A DNA stretch of 64,000 nucleotides. It comes from Heptranchias perlo. Lineage: Eukaryota. A model generated the notes under the pieces. That model was not told the DNA's origin. It did no database searches and saw only the letters and a program-made list of their open reading frames with translations. Each line of letters starts with the position of its first letter. Position 1 is the stretch's first letter. A program made the translations under genes and the position numbers. Location of the stretch: NCBI RefSeq assembly GCF_035084215.1, contig NC_090359.1, positions 13,950,001-14,014,000 of the forward strand. The letters run 5' to 3'. Below are positions 12,090-23,594 of this stretch, in pieces.

Positions 12090-12982
12090 TTTTTTTCTTA
12101 GGCCCCCCTTTTATAATTAGTGGGGGTTCAGGGTGTGTTTGTGCAGAAAACCGAAAACCAAAAACCAGTGTCAAATTAAGATTTTATTATTTTTGTCCAG
12201 GATGCTCTCCAGCCCCTGCAGTGCCCATCGGCGGAGATGGTGTCGCCATATTCCATCGAGCTACACCCACCCCAAGTCTCAGGCCGACTAATAACAAAGG
12301 CCTTGCAAAAGAAAACCTCCTCTCCCCAATTCCCACTGTGTTTGGAGAGGGGCTCCTTTGCAGGATTTTGTAAAAAAGAATATCCGTGATAGTGGGAGGG
12401 ATGGTCGAATGGGAAGGAGGGAGTCTGCAGGGGTGGGCTGCTGCAGAAGTGGGTGGAAGAGGGGCGGGGTTGCACCTTAACAGGTGGATCTTCTGGTGGG
12501 CAGGGGGAGGAGATGTCTTCCCCTAGACAGCTGGAGCTGCCCAGTCCTCCACAGATTGAAAAGTAACTTCACCCAGGCAGCTCCAGCTGTCCTGGGCCAG
12601 ACACTGGGGGGGAAACCCCCTGTTCTGTATGATCTTTCCTCCCCCTACCTTCAGTTGGTCACACTGCACCGCACCGACCTCCTCTTCCTCCCTCTGTTGG
12701 ATGGTATCGGTCAGCAGCAGTACACCCCTCACAGTGAATGGTGGTCTTCTTCTTCCTCCTTCCTCCCTGTTGGTTGTTTGTTCCTCTCCTTCTCCTTCTC
12801 CTTCTCCTGGATTCAGAGGTATACAAGCGAGGGCTGGTACTTTTCACCCTGCTCTCCACCCAGAGCTTTAACTCTGACCTCTGCTCTACTCAGCAGTATT
12901 AACTGGCAAGTTCAGTCAGGCTGATTCCTGGATGGATTGATGGTCTGTCTGAAAGACATCCAATCGTATCCCAACAGTGACT
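12090..12982 (-). mobile_element. Bipartite non-autonomous Tx1 derivative (5' UTR + ORF1 start codon fused to 3' end), ~0.9 kb
   Basis: 12230-12982 aligns with the 5' UTRs at 16830-17400 and 23570-24331; 12090-12230 is the 3' end with tail; junction gcccatcgg|cggagatggtgtcgccat. Confidence 0.85.
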
Positions 12983-13261
12983 CCTTATTTTTTCTTTTAG
13001 AAATTTATGAAATAGGACAATGGAAGTGATTGAACGAAAGGAGCATCCTAAAGACATTGAGTTGGATCAAAAACAGTTTTTTACTATTTTCACCACTCCG
13101 CTCAGCTCAGGAGTGTGGGATGGAAGAGCAGCCGGGGGTTTTATCAGCTACTCTTTTTCTGATGAGTCTGAAAGACATCCAATCGCATCAAAGCAGTGAC
13201 CTTTTTGCTGTTTTTAGCAGCCAGGATTTTTTCGCGACTTTTTTCCATTCCCAACAGCGAC
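12983..13261 (-). repeat. Mosaic of short Tx1 5'-end remnants separated by oligo(T)
   Basis: gaaagacatccaatcg..cagtgac at 13170-13200, cccaacagcgac at 13250-13261, and a 24-mer at 13110-13133 shared with 34123-34146. Confidence 0.65.
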
Positions 13262-16200
13262 ATTTTTTAGGCCCCCCTTTTAAAAGGAGGGGGATTTCGG
13301 GTGTCTTTTATGTGCAAAAATCCCAAAGAAAAACCAAAACCAGTTTCAAATTATAATTTTATTTTCCTTGTCCAGGATACACTCCAGTCCCTGCGGTGCC
13401 CACCGGTCGCGGAAAGCCTCAAGCGTACCGGCAGACACCGCGTGCTCCATCTCCAGGGCCACCCGGGCGCGAAGCATTCCGTGGAAGAGAGGCAGACAGT
13501 CCGAGCGACCGCCCCCACGGGCCGCAAGCAACCTGGACCTGTGGATGGCCACCTTGGACAGGCCCACGAGGACGTCCGCCGGCCTGCCCGCCCCCCTCCT
13601 CACCAGGCGGCCAAAGATCAGGAGCGTGGGACTGAATTGCAGCCAGAACCTGAGGAGCAGCCCCTCCAAATAATCACAGGGGCTGCAGTCTCCCACACCC
13701 CGTGAACAAATGAAACACGGACTCCTCCAGGCCGCAGAAATTGCAGGCGGCCTGGGAGTCCGTAAAATGGCGTAACCGCCGGTTGCACGCGACTGCTCCG
13801 TGCAACACTCTCCACCCCAGATGCCCGATGTAACACTGGAGGATCCCCAAGTAGAGAGCCCCCCCACTGGGGACCCCCGCCTCTGCCGGATGGCAGGCCA
13901 GGGCGTGTCCGGGCGAGAGACGAGGGCGAGGAAGTGGAGTGTGTGCAGGAGCAGCCCGTACAGGAAATACCTCCGTGCGGAGTGAAAAGGCACGGAGGGA
14001 ATTTCCCAGACAGCTCAAGTTGTGAGGCGCAGCCTCCCGAGCCAGATTCAGCGGAGCGTCCAGCCGGTCGGCGTCCTCCGGGCTGACCTTTGGCAGGTCC
14101 TCCCACAAAACTCTGCGCGCTTCCTCACTGGACGGATCAGGAGAGAACAGAGCCTCGTAGTAGGATCGAGCCCGGGCCCTGACTCCCTCCGGGTCCGAGA
14201 CGAGGGACCCGTCGTCGGCCAGCAGCGTAAGGAGATGCTTTTCCAGCGAGGTCCAGTTGCAGGTCCCTCAGAGCGTCCTTCTTCTCTTCGTACACCTGCC
14301 GCAGGACCGGAGCGGTCCCTCGCCTCGAGGGTACGGTTAAAATCCCCCCCGAGGATAATGCACTCGCCGGCGTCGACGGAGTTCAGGTAAGTGGACACTT
14401 CTTCAAAGAAGCTCACTTGCTCGGCTCCGGACCAGGGGGCGTACACGTTCACCAGGTGAAGCGGCACGTCCCCGTGGCGAAGGGCTACGTGGAGCAAGCG
14501 GCCCGGCACCGGCTCCTTGACCCCCAAGATCTCCGGCTGAAAAGTCGGGGCCAACAAGATGGCCACCCCGCTCGAAACGCTGGCGAGGTGACTCAAGGAG
14601 ACCCCCCCTCCCCATTCCAGGATCCACGTGGCCTCGTCTCCCGGAACGGTGTGGGTTTCCTGCAGAAAGCACACCGCATACTTCCCGTCCCGCAGGACCG
14701 AGAACTTGTCAAATCTACGGCGGGCGTCTCTGCCGCCGTTGATGTTGAGGCTGGCTATGGTTATCTCCATGGCAAGAGCACAGCGCAACCTACTTAAACC
14801 TAATGCGCGGAGGGAGCGGGGCCGCTAGTCGACCTCCTCTCCCCCCAAGAGCCCGGTGAGGAGGGATCTGAGCCGGCGCAACCCGACCCCGCCGCCGTCC
14901 TCCTCCGCGGCCACGGACGCGACGGCGACCCGGACCGAGCGGATTAGATGCACCGGCTCCGACCAACGGTCGAGGGCCAGCCGGACGCCATCGCGACGAT
15001 GGGTCCAACCGGACACAAAATCCCGGAGTTCCTCAACGGGGATGAGGGGAGACTCGGTGTCGGGCACGAGGGTGTCCGCCGCCGCCTCACTGGCGGCGAA
15101 CTCTAAATCCTCCCCAGTGCCCACCACCGAGTCCCCGACCTCCTCCGGGCCATCGTCGCCCGCGGCCGACCCACTCCCCGCACAGGGTGCGGAGAACGGG
15201 ACGGCCGCGCCGGCCGGCCCCGCCTCCGCCACGATCCCACCCCCAGGATCGTCGGCAGAGGATTCCTCCCCGGGCTCCACCGGGGGGTCCGGGTCAGAGG
15301 GCGGCTCCGGGCGAGGACCCTCCCCAGCCTCCGAGCGGTGGTAAACGGGCACCCGGATATAATGGGAAACCGGGGAACCCGGGGAGAACATATATTCCAG
15401 CTCTCCAACCTCCCCCGGCTCCGTGCCCAGAGACTGGGAGAAGGGGGTCTCCCCACCCACACCGCCACCGACCGACCCGGCCCGTGACATTTTCGTGTTA
15501 AAACCCGCCACCAGGTCGAGCAGGTCCTGGGAGAGGTTGAGCCGAGGGCAGACGAATTCGGCCTCGCCCGCTCCGGCACCCAGGACCCCCGACCCGGTGA
15601 ACGGGAAGCTCGCGTCGGCGCACGAATCCGCGGCCCCCCCCTTTCGGCAGGGTCTCTCCATCCCCCCCCGGGAGGCACGGGCACGATCTCCTCCCCCCAA
15701 GAGGTGGATGACCCCCGCTGGCGGTGGGAAATGGAGGGTGGGGTCGCAGGATCCGCTGCCGGCGCCGACGCCGATTCCCTTTCCGCGGGGGGCCGTCCCT
15801 TGGCAGGGTTCCCCTCCGCTTCCAGGGAGCGGCGCCTTTTCTGCCTTCAGGAGGGTGGCGGAGGGAGGGCGAGCCCCATGTCTGCTGGGGCCCCCCCCTC
15901 CGCTCCCTCCTGAATACCCGCCAGCACGGGCCCTGCCGCGACCGCGAGTTGCCGTTTGGCCGCGGTCACGACCACGGCCTCGGGCTGGCTGGAAGGCTTT
16001 CCAACCCGGGGACCAGCCTCCTGATGTTTACTTTTCTTCCGCGCCTTCTTAGGGCGAGGGTTCCCTCCCTCTCCCCCGGCGGAGGCCTCGTCGGCACCCT
16101 CCGCCCGCGCAGTTGACTCTCCCGACGCGGGGGCGGGTTTGGGGGGAGGAGCGGTGGCGGCGCCAGCCTCGGCCGCCGGAGCTGCTTTGGCGGCCAGGGA

Positions 16201-17552
16201 GACGGGGCAGTTCTTCCTCAGGTGCCCCACCTCCTTGCAGGCATGGCACCGCCCACCCTCTGCCGTCCAGAAGACGTGGTAGGCGGTCCCCTCGTGAATG
16301 ATACTAAAACCCCCCTCTGTCACCTCCTCCCGCACCAGCTTAACAAACGCCTGGCGCCGGAAGGAGTACACGTGACGGAGGCTGTTCTCCCTGAGGCCGA
16401 GCGTCAGTGGTGTCAACCCTGACCTCACCTCCCCCAGTTGACGTAGATGGGGGAGGAGGAGCTCGACCGGTAGAAAGGGCGGGACGTTCGATAACACCAC
16501 CCGCTGCGCGGTGGCCTCCAGCGGGTCCACCGGCAGGAAGGTCCCGCCAACCGTGAGCCCCTTATTTAGGGCCAGGGACACCGCCCGCTCGGTCCTCAGG
16601 AAGAACACTGCCCTCCCATACATTTTCGAGGCCGCGACGATGGCCGAGGGGCCGACAACCTCGGCCATGGCCTTCACGCAGGCCTCGATGGTCATATTGG
16701 GGTGAGCATAACATTTCACCCCATGGAGCCTCGTCAAGAGGCGAAATGGCGCCGGCCCAGCAGGAGCGTCCGAAATCGAAGGCGCGGCCGCCGTGGCGAC
16801 CCCCGCATACGTCCTGCTGGGACCGGGGACCGGCGAAGATGGCGTCGCCATGGTCTCAGGCCGGTGGATGGCAAAAAATGGCCTTGTGTTCAATGTAAAT
16901 AGAAACCGCCTCTCCCCTGTATCCCAGTACAAGTGTGGGAGAGGGGCTCCTTTGTCCGATATTTGGTTCTGTCTTTGTCTGAAGCTACTGCTCAAAAGAG
17001 CACGAGAGCAAGAGAGGGAGGGATGGCACAGGGAAAACGGAGGGAGTCCGCAGGGGTGGGCCGCTGGGGAAGTCGGCCAAAGAGGGGCGGGGTGGCACCT
17101 TCTTCTGGCTTCTTTCTTCCGGTGGGCGTGGAGGGGAGGAGATGTCTTCTCCTAGACAGCCGGAGCTGACTCGGCTCAGTCCTCCACAGATGACAAAAGT
17201 AAGGAACTTCACCCAGGCAGCTCCAGCTGTCCCGGGCCAGACACTTGGGGGCGGAATCCCCTGGTCGAAAAAGATCTTCTTACCTCCCCCGACCTTCAGT
17301 CGGCCACCCCGATCGCCGTCGACCTCCTCTTCCTGCTGTTTAAGGCTGACAGCAGCAGCAGCACACCCCTCGCAGCTGCCTGATGTTTTTCGCCTCCTTC
17401 TTTCTTTCTCCCTCCTTCCCTCTCGATGGCTCTCCTCTCCTCTGTGCTCTGCACCTGCTTGCAGCACTTCCGCAAGGCCACACTCGATTGGCCGGCAAGT
17501 GGCTCGCCAATACCGACCGGCCCCAGCACTCTCCTCACAGGCTGGGAAGTTG
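13262..17552 (-). mobile_element. Tx1 element A: 5' UTR, frameshifted ORF1 (ATG 16851), ORF2 (ATG 14770) with endonuclease N-half but RT deleted, 3' end
   Basis: ORF1 CCHC knuckle CHACKEVGHLRKNC; APE motifs SLNING, LQETH, GGDFN; jumps at ~14300 and ~14040 remove the rest of the endonuclease and the whole RT. Confidence 0.93.
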
Positions 17553-17648
17553 TTTTTTTTTTAAATTAGGCCCCCCTTTTATAAGAAGGTGGGGTGTGGG
17601 GTGTGCTTAACAACTAAAAACCAAACAAACCAAAACGAAGAGTTCAAA

Positions 17649-20600
17649 TCAAAATTTTATTATCCTCGTCCAGGATGCACTCCAGCCCCTGCAGTGCCCC
17701 CCGGTCACGGAAAGCCTCAAGCGTACCGGCAGACACCGCGGAGCAACCCGCGAAAGAGGCAGACAGGCCGAGCGACCGCCCCCACGGACCGCGATCATCC
17801 TAGACCTGCGGATGGCCACCTTGGACAGGCCCAGGAGCAGGCCCACGAGGACGTCCACCGACCTGCCCGCCCCTCTCCTCACCGGGCGGCCAAAGATCAG
17901 GAGCGTGGGACTGAAGTGCAGCCAGAACTTGAGGAGCAGCCCCTCCAAATAATGGAACAGGGGCTGCAGTCTCTCACACCCAGTGTACAAATGAAAAACG
18001 GACTCCTCCAGGCCGCAGAAATCACAAGCGGCCTGGGGGTCCGTGAAATGGCGTAACCGCCGGTTGCACGCGACTGCTCCGTGCGCCACCCTCCACCCCA
18101 GATCCCCAAAGTAACACGGGAGGACCCCTGTATAGAGAGCCTCCCACTGGGGACCCCCGTCTCCGCCGGACGGCAGGATGGCACGCCAGGGCGTGTCCGG
18201 GCGAGAGACGAGGGCGAGGAAGTGGATGGTGTGCAGGAGCAGCCCGTACAGGAAATCCCTCCGCGCGGTGTGAAACGGCACGGAGGGAACTTCCGAGAGA
18301 CAGCTCAAGTTGTGAGGCGCGGCCCTCTGAGGGAGGTTCCGGGGTTTGGCGCCGAGGAGGAATTCAGTCCGAACAGGGGTCAGGTCGGACGGGATGGCTC
18401 CGCACGCTTGAGCCGCCTCCACACCCCGAGTGGAGTCAGGGCCGAGCGCCGATTTCAACGCCTGGATGGCGGCGGCCGCGTCCCCGGCACGCCACGAGGA
18501 CATGCGAGCGGCGAGCGCCCACGGCTCGAGCCAACCCGACCCACCGCCATCCAGGACGTCCCTGACTCTGGTCACCCGACCGGCCACAGCCCTCCGCTCC
18601 GTCAGCCACGAGTGGCCGAAGCCGACATCGCGGAGGAACGGATTCCCGAGCAGCGGCTCCTGCAGGACGGCCGCTACCCCCGACGGGTGAGAGCTCCGAC
18701 CGGAGGCGACCATGTTCCAGACCCTGAGCAGATTCTGGTACAAGACAGGCAGCTCCTGCAAAGACATGCGGCCGTCCACCAGCGAGACGAACAGGAGCTG
18801 CGTGTCGTAGTTCAGGCCGTGCAGCTGGCGGAAAAAGTACGTCGCCAGCGCACGCCATCTAAGAGGACGCTCATCGTACAGGTATCGCCGCAGCGTCCGA
18901 AGGCGGAAAGTTGCCACCTGGGTGCGGACGCACACCAGCCCCTGACCGCCCTCCCTAAGCGGGAGACTCAGGACTGCGGCAGCGACCCAGTGTATCCCTT
19001 TGGCCCAGAAGAAGTCGACGAACTTCCTCTGAATCTTGGCGACAAAATCAGGGGGGGGGGTCAAAGTGACCAATCTGTACCACAACATGGCGGCCACCAG
19101 CTGGTTTATGACCAGCACACGACCCCTGTAGGATAACACTCGGAGCAGTCCTGTCCAGCGCGCCAGGCGAGCGGCGACTTTGGCCTCCAGCTCTTCCCAG
19201 TTCGCCGGCCAGGCTTCCTCGGCAGGGCCGAGGTAGACTCCCAGGTACCGGAGGTGCGTGGTACTCCAGGCGAAAGCCCTGAGCTCCTCCGGCATGGAGT
19301 CCACCCGCCACTGACCCACCAGGAGTCCGGAACATTTCTCCCAGTTGATTCTTGCGGAGGACACGGCAGAGTAGACCTCTTGGCACTCGCGCATCCTCCG
19401 CAAGTCAAGGGGATCGGTGACCACGAGGAGCACGTCGTCGGCGTAAGCCGAAAGGACGACCTCCACGCCCGGCTCGCGCAGAGCCAGTCCCGACAACCTC
19501 TTTCGCAAGAGGCGCAGGAAAGGCTCCACGCAGACGGTGTATAATTGGCCGGACATGGGGCACCCCTGACGCACTCCTCTCCCGAAGCGAAGGGGCGCCG
19601 TCAAGGATCCGTGAACCTTAATCAGACACTCCGCGGCGGCGTACAGAAGTCGGATCCGGGCGACGAAATGCGACCCGAACCCGAAAGCGCGCAGAGTCCC
19701 GAATAGATACTCGTGATCCACCCTGTCGAACGCCTTCTCCTGATCCAAGGTAAGGAAGGCGACCGACAGACCAGCCCTCTGGGAATGGTGGATCAGGTCC
19801 CGGACCAGGTGGATGTTATCGTGGATCTTCCGACCCGGGACCGTGTAGGACTGGTCGGGGTGGATCATGTGGGCCAGCACGGTGCCCAGGCGAGCAGACA
19901 TCGCCTTGGCAAAGACCTTATAATCCGTGCTGAGGAGGGAGACCGGGCGCCAGTTTTTAAGGTTGCGGAGATCCCCCTTCTTAGGCAGCAGGACCACGAC
20001 CGCCCTGCGCCACGAAAGGGGCATCTCCCCGGTCGCCAGACATTCCCCCAGGACCCGCGCGTAGTCGCCCCCCAGGACGTCCCAGAAGGCCCTGAGGAAC
20101 TCCACGGTCAGCCCATCCAGCCCCGGGGACTTGCCCCTGGAGAGCTGGTGGAGGGCGCCGGTCAGCTCCGCCAAACTGAGCGGAGCGTCCAGACTGTCGG
20201 CGTCCTCCGGGCCGACCTTCGGCAGGTCCTCCCACAAAACTCTGCGCGCCTCCTCGCTGGACGGATCCGGAGAGAACAGAGCCTCGTAGAAAGATCGAGC
20301 CCGGGCCCTGACTCCCTCCGGGTCCGAGACGAGGGACCCGTCGTCGGCCAGCAGCGTAAGGAGCTGCTTACGAGCCCCCCGCCGCTTTTCCAGCGAGTAG
20401 AAGAAGGGAGAGCCGCGGTCCAGGTCCCGCAGGAGCTGGAGCCGCGACCTCACGTACGCTCCTCGGGACCCGACCAGTTGCAGGTCCCTCAGAGCGTCCT
20501 TCCTCTCCTCGTACACCTGCCGCAGGGCCGGATCCTCGGCGGCCTGACCGAGACGGGACTCCAGGCCAAGCACCTCCTGCTCCAACCGCCTGACCTCGGA

Positions 20601-21523
20601 CTCCCGCCTCTTAGTCGACCCCCTCGCGTACTCTTGACAGAAGAGGCGGACGTGAGCCTTGCCCACGTCCCACCAGAGCCTCAAGGAGGAGAAGCCTCCC
20701 CGCTTCCCTCTCCAGTCGCTCCAGAACAGACGGAACGAGTCCCGGAACCGCGCGTCCTCCAGCAGCCGGTTGTTAAAGTGCCAGTACGCGGACCCCGACC
20801 GGGCGCGGAGCAGAGCGAGCTCCATCCACACCAGGTGGTGGTCCGAGCACGACACCGGCCGGATGGAGGCCGACGGGATGCAGGAGGCGTACGCCCGCGA
20901 AACGTACAGGCGGTCGATTCTGGAGCTTCCCCCCTCCGGCCCTCACAAAGGTGAACTGGCCGGAGTCGGGATGGAGATTCCGCCAGACGTCCACCAAGGC
21001 GAAGGACCCGACCAGGTCCCTCAACTTCTCCGCCGCCGTTCGGGCACGCGCGGGACCGGAGCGGTCCCTCGCCTCGAGGGTACGGTTAAAATCCCCCCCC
21101 CCGAGGATAATGCACTCGCCGGCGTCGACGGAGTTTAGGTAAGTAGACACTTCCTCAAAGAAGCTCACTTGCTCGGCTCCGGACCAGGGGGCGTACACGT
21201 TCACCAGGTGAAGCGGCACGTCCCCGTGGCGAAGGGCTACGTGGAGCAAGCGGCCCGGCACCGGCTCCTTGACCCCCAAGATCTCCGGCTGAAAAGTCGG
21301 GGCCAACAAGATGGCCACCCCGCTCGAAACGCTGGCGAGGTGACTCAAGTAGACCCCCCCCTCCCCATTCCAGGATCCACGTGGCCTCGTCTCCCGGAAC
21401 GGTGTGGGTTTCCTGCAGAAAGCACACCGCATACTTCCCGTCCCGAAGGACCGAGAACTTGTCAAATCTACGGCGGGCGTCTCTGCCGCCGTTGATGTTG
21501 AGGCTGGCTATGGTTATCTCCAT
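17649..21523 (-). CDS. Tx1 ORF2 endonuclease/reverse transcriptase, frameshifts at ~21355 and ~20935, small C-terminal deletion ~17738
   Basis: MEITIASLNING, SDHH, KSPGLDG, NWRPVSLL, DQEKAFD, GVRQGCPMSG, YADD, CDFCGLEESVFHLYTGC. Confidence 0.93.
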
Positions 21524-21552
21524 GGCAAGAGCACAGCGCAACCTACTTAAAC

Positions 21553-23594
21553 CTAATGCGCGGAGGGAGCGGGGCCGCTAGTCGACCGCCACTCCCTCAA
21601 GAGCCCGGTGAGGAGGGATCTGAGCCGGCGCAGCCTGACCCCGCCGCCGCCACCCTCCGCGGCCACGGACGCGACGGCGGCCAGCACCGAGCGGATTAAC
21701 TGCGCCGGCTCCGACCAACGGTCGAGGGCCAGCCGGACGCCATCGCGACGACGGCTCCAACCGGACGCAAAATCCCGGAGTTCCTCAACGGGGATGAGGG
21801 GAGACTCTGTGTCGGGCACGAGGGCGTCCACCACCTCACTGGTGGCGAACTCCAAATCCTCCCCAGTGCCCACCACCGAGTCCCCGTCCTCCTCCGGGTC
21901 ATCGTCGCCCGCGGCCGACCCACTCCCCGCACAGGGTGCGGAGAACGAGACGGCCGCGCCGGCCGGCCCCGCCTCCGCCACGATCCCACCCCCAGGATCG
22001 TCAGCAGAGGAGTCCTCCCCGGGCTCCACCGGGGGGTCCGGGTCAGAGGGTGGCTCCGGGCGAGGACCCTCCCCAGCCTCCGAGCGGTGAAAAACCGGCA
22101 CCCGGATATAAGGGGAACCCGGGGAAACCGGGGAGAACGTGTACTTAAGTTCTCCCACCTCCCCCGGCTCCGAGCCCAGAGACTGAGAGGAGGGGGTCCC
22201 CCCACCCACGTCGCCACCGACCGACCCGGCCCGTGAGATATTTTGATTAAAACCCACCACCAGGTCGAGCAGGTCCTGGGAGAGGTCGAGCCGGGGGCAG
22301 ACGAATTTGGCCGCAACGGCCTCGCCCACCCCGGCACCCAGGACGCCCGACCCGGTGAACAGGGTGGTATCTGGTAAAAGCGGATCCGCGACCCCCCCTA
22401 TCGGCGGGGTCTCTCCATCCCCCCCGGGAGGCACGGGCACGATCCCCTCCCCCCGAGAGGTAGATGACCCCCGCCGCTGTTCGGATGTCACGGGCGGGGC
22501 CGCAGGATCCGCGACCGGCACCGACTCCCCTTCCACGGGGGGCCGTCCCTTAGCAGGGAGCCCGTTCGCTTCCGGGGAGTGGCGCCTCTTTTTCTTCCAG
22601 GAGGGTCGCGGAGGGAGGGGGGACTCCATGTCTGCTGGGACCCCCACCTCCGCTCCCTCCTGATCACCCGCCAGCCCGGGCTCTGTCGCGACCGCGAGAT
22701 GTTGACTGGCCGCGGTCACGACCTCGGGCTGACTGAGATCTTCTCTGTCCCGGGGACCAGCCTCTAAATTCTTCCTCTTTCTCCGCACTTTCTTCTGGCG
22801 AGGGTTCCCCTCCTCCCCCCTGGCGGAGGCCTCGACGCCAACCTCCACCCGCGCAGTTGACTCTCCCGACGCGGGGGCGGGGTTGGGGGAGGAGCGGTGG
22901 CGGCGCCAGCCCCGGCCGCCGTAGCTGTTTTGGCGGCCTGAGAGGCGGGGCAGTTCCTCTTCAGGTGCCCCACCTCCTTACAGGCATGGCACCGCCCACC
23001 CTCTGCCGTCCAAAAGACGCGGTAAGGGGTCCCCTCATGGAGGGCGTTAAAGCCCCCCTCCGTAACCTCCTCCCGTGCCAGCTTGACGAATGCCTGGCGA
23101 CGGAAGGAGTAAACATGCCGGAGGCTGTTCTCCCTGAGTCCGAGCGGCAGCGGCGTTACCCCCGACCTCACCTCCCCCAGTTGACGTAGGTGGGGGAGGA
23201 GGAGCTCGTCCGACAGGAAAGGCGGGACGTTGGATAAAATGACCCGCTGCGCGGTGGCCTCCAGCGGGTCCACCGGCAGGAAGGTCCCGCCAACCGTGAG
23301 CCCCTTACTAAGGGCCAGGGACACCGCCCGCTCGGACCTCAGGAAGAACACCGCCCTCCCGTACATTTTCGAGGCCGCGACGATGGCCGAGGGGCCGACA
23401 ACCTCGGCCATGGCCTTTACGCAGGCCTCAATGGTCATGTTGGGGTGGGCGTAGCTCTTCACCCCATGCTTCCTCGTAATGAGGCGGAAAGGCGCCGGCC
23501 CAGCAGGAGCGGCACGAACTGTAGGAGCGGCCCCCGAGGTAACCGCCGCATACGTCCTGCTGGGTCCCGGCACCGGCGAAGATGATGAAGCCAT
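21553..23594 (-). CDS. Tx1 ORF1 nucleic-acid-binding protein (CCHC zinc knuckle), one frameshift at ~22880
   Basis: ORFs 22764..23594 and 21553..22848; MASSSSPV..HGVKSY..ASKMYGRAVFFL..LSNVPPF..CHACKEVGHLKRNC. Confidence 0.88.

Noticed and set aside
13159-13182. CTGATGA-GTCT-GAA-AGAC resembling a hammerhead ribozyme core
   Set aside because: The required GAAA after stem II is absent (ATCC), it is antisense to the element, and CTGATGA is missing from the homologues at 7929 and 12946
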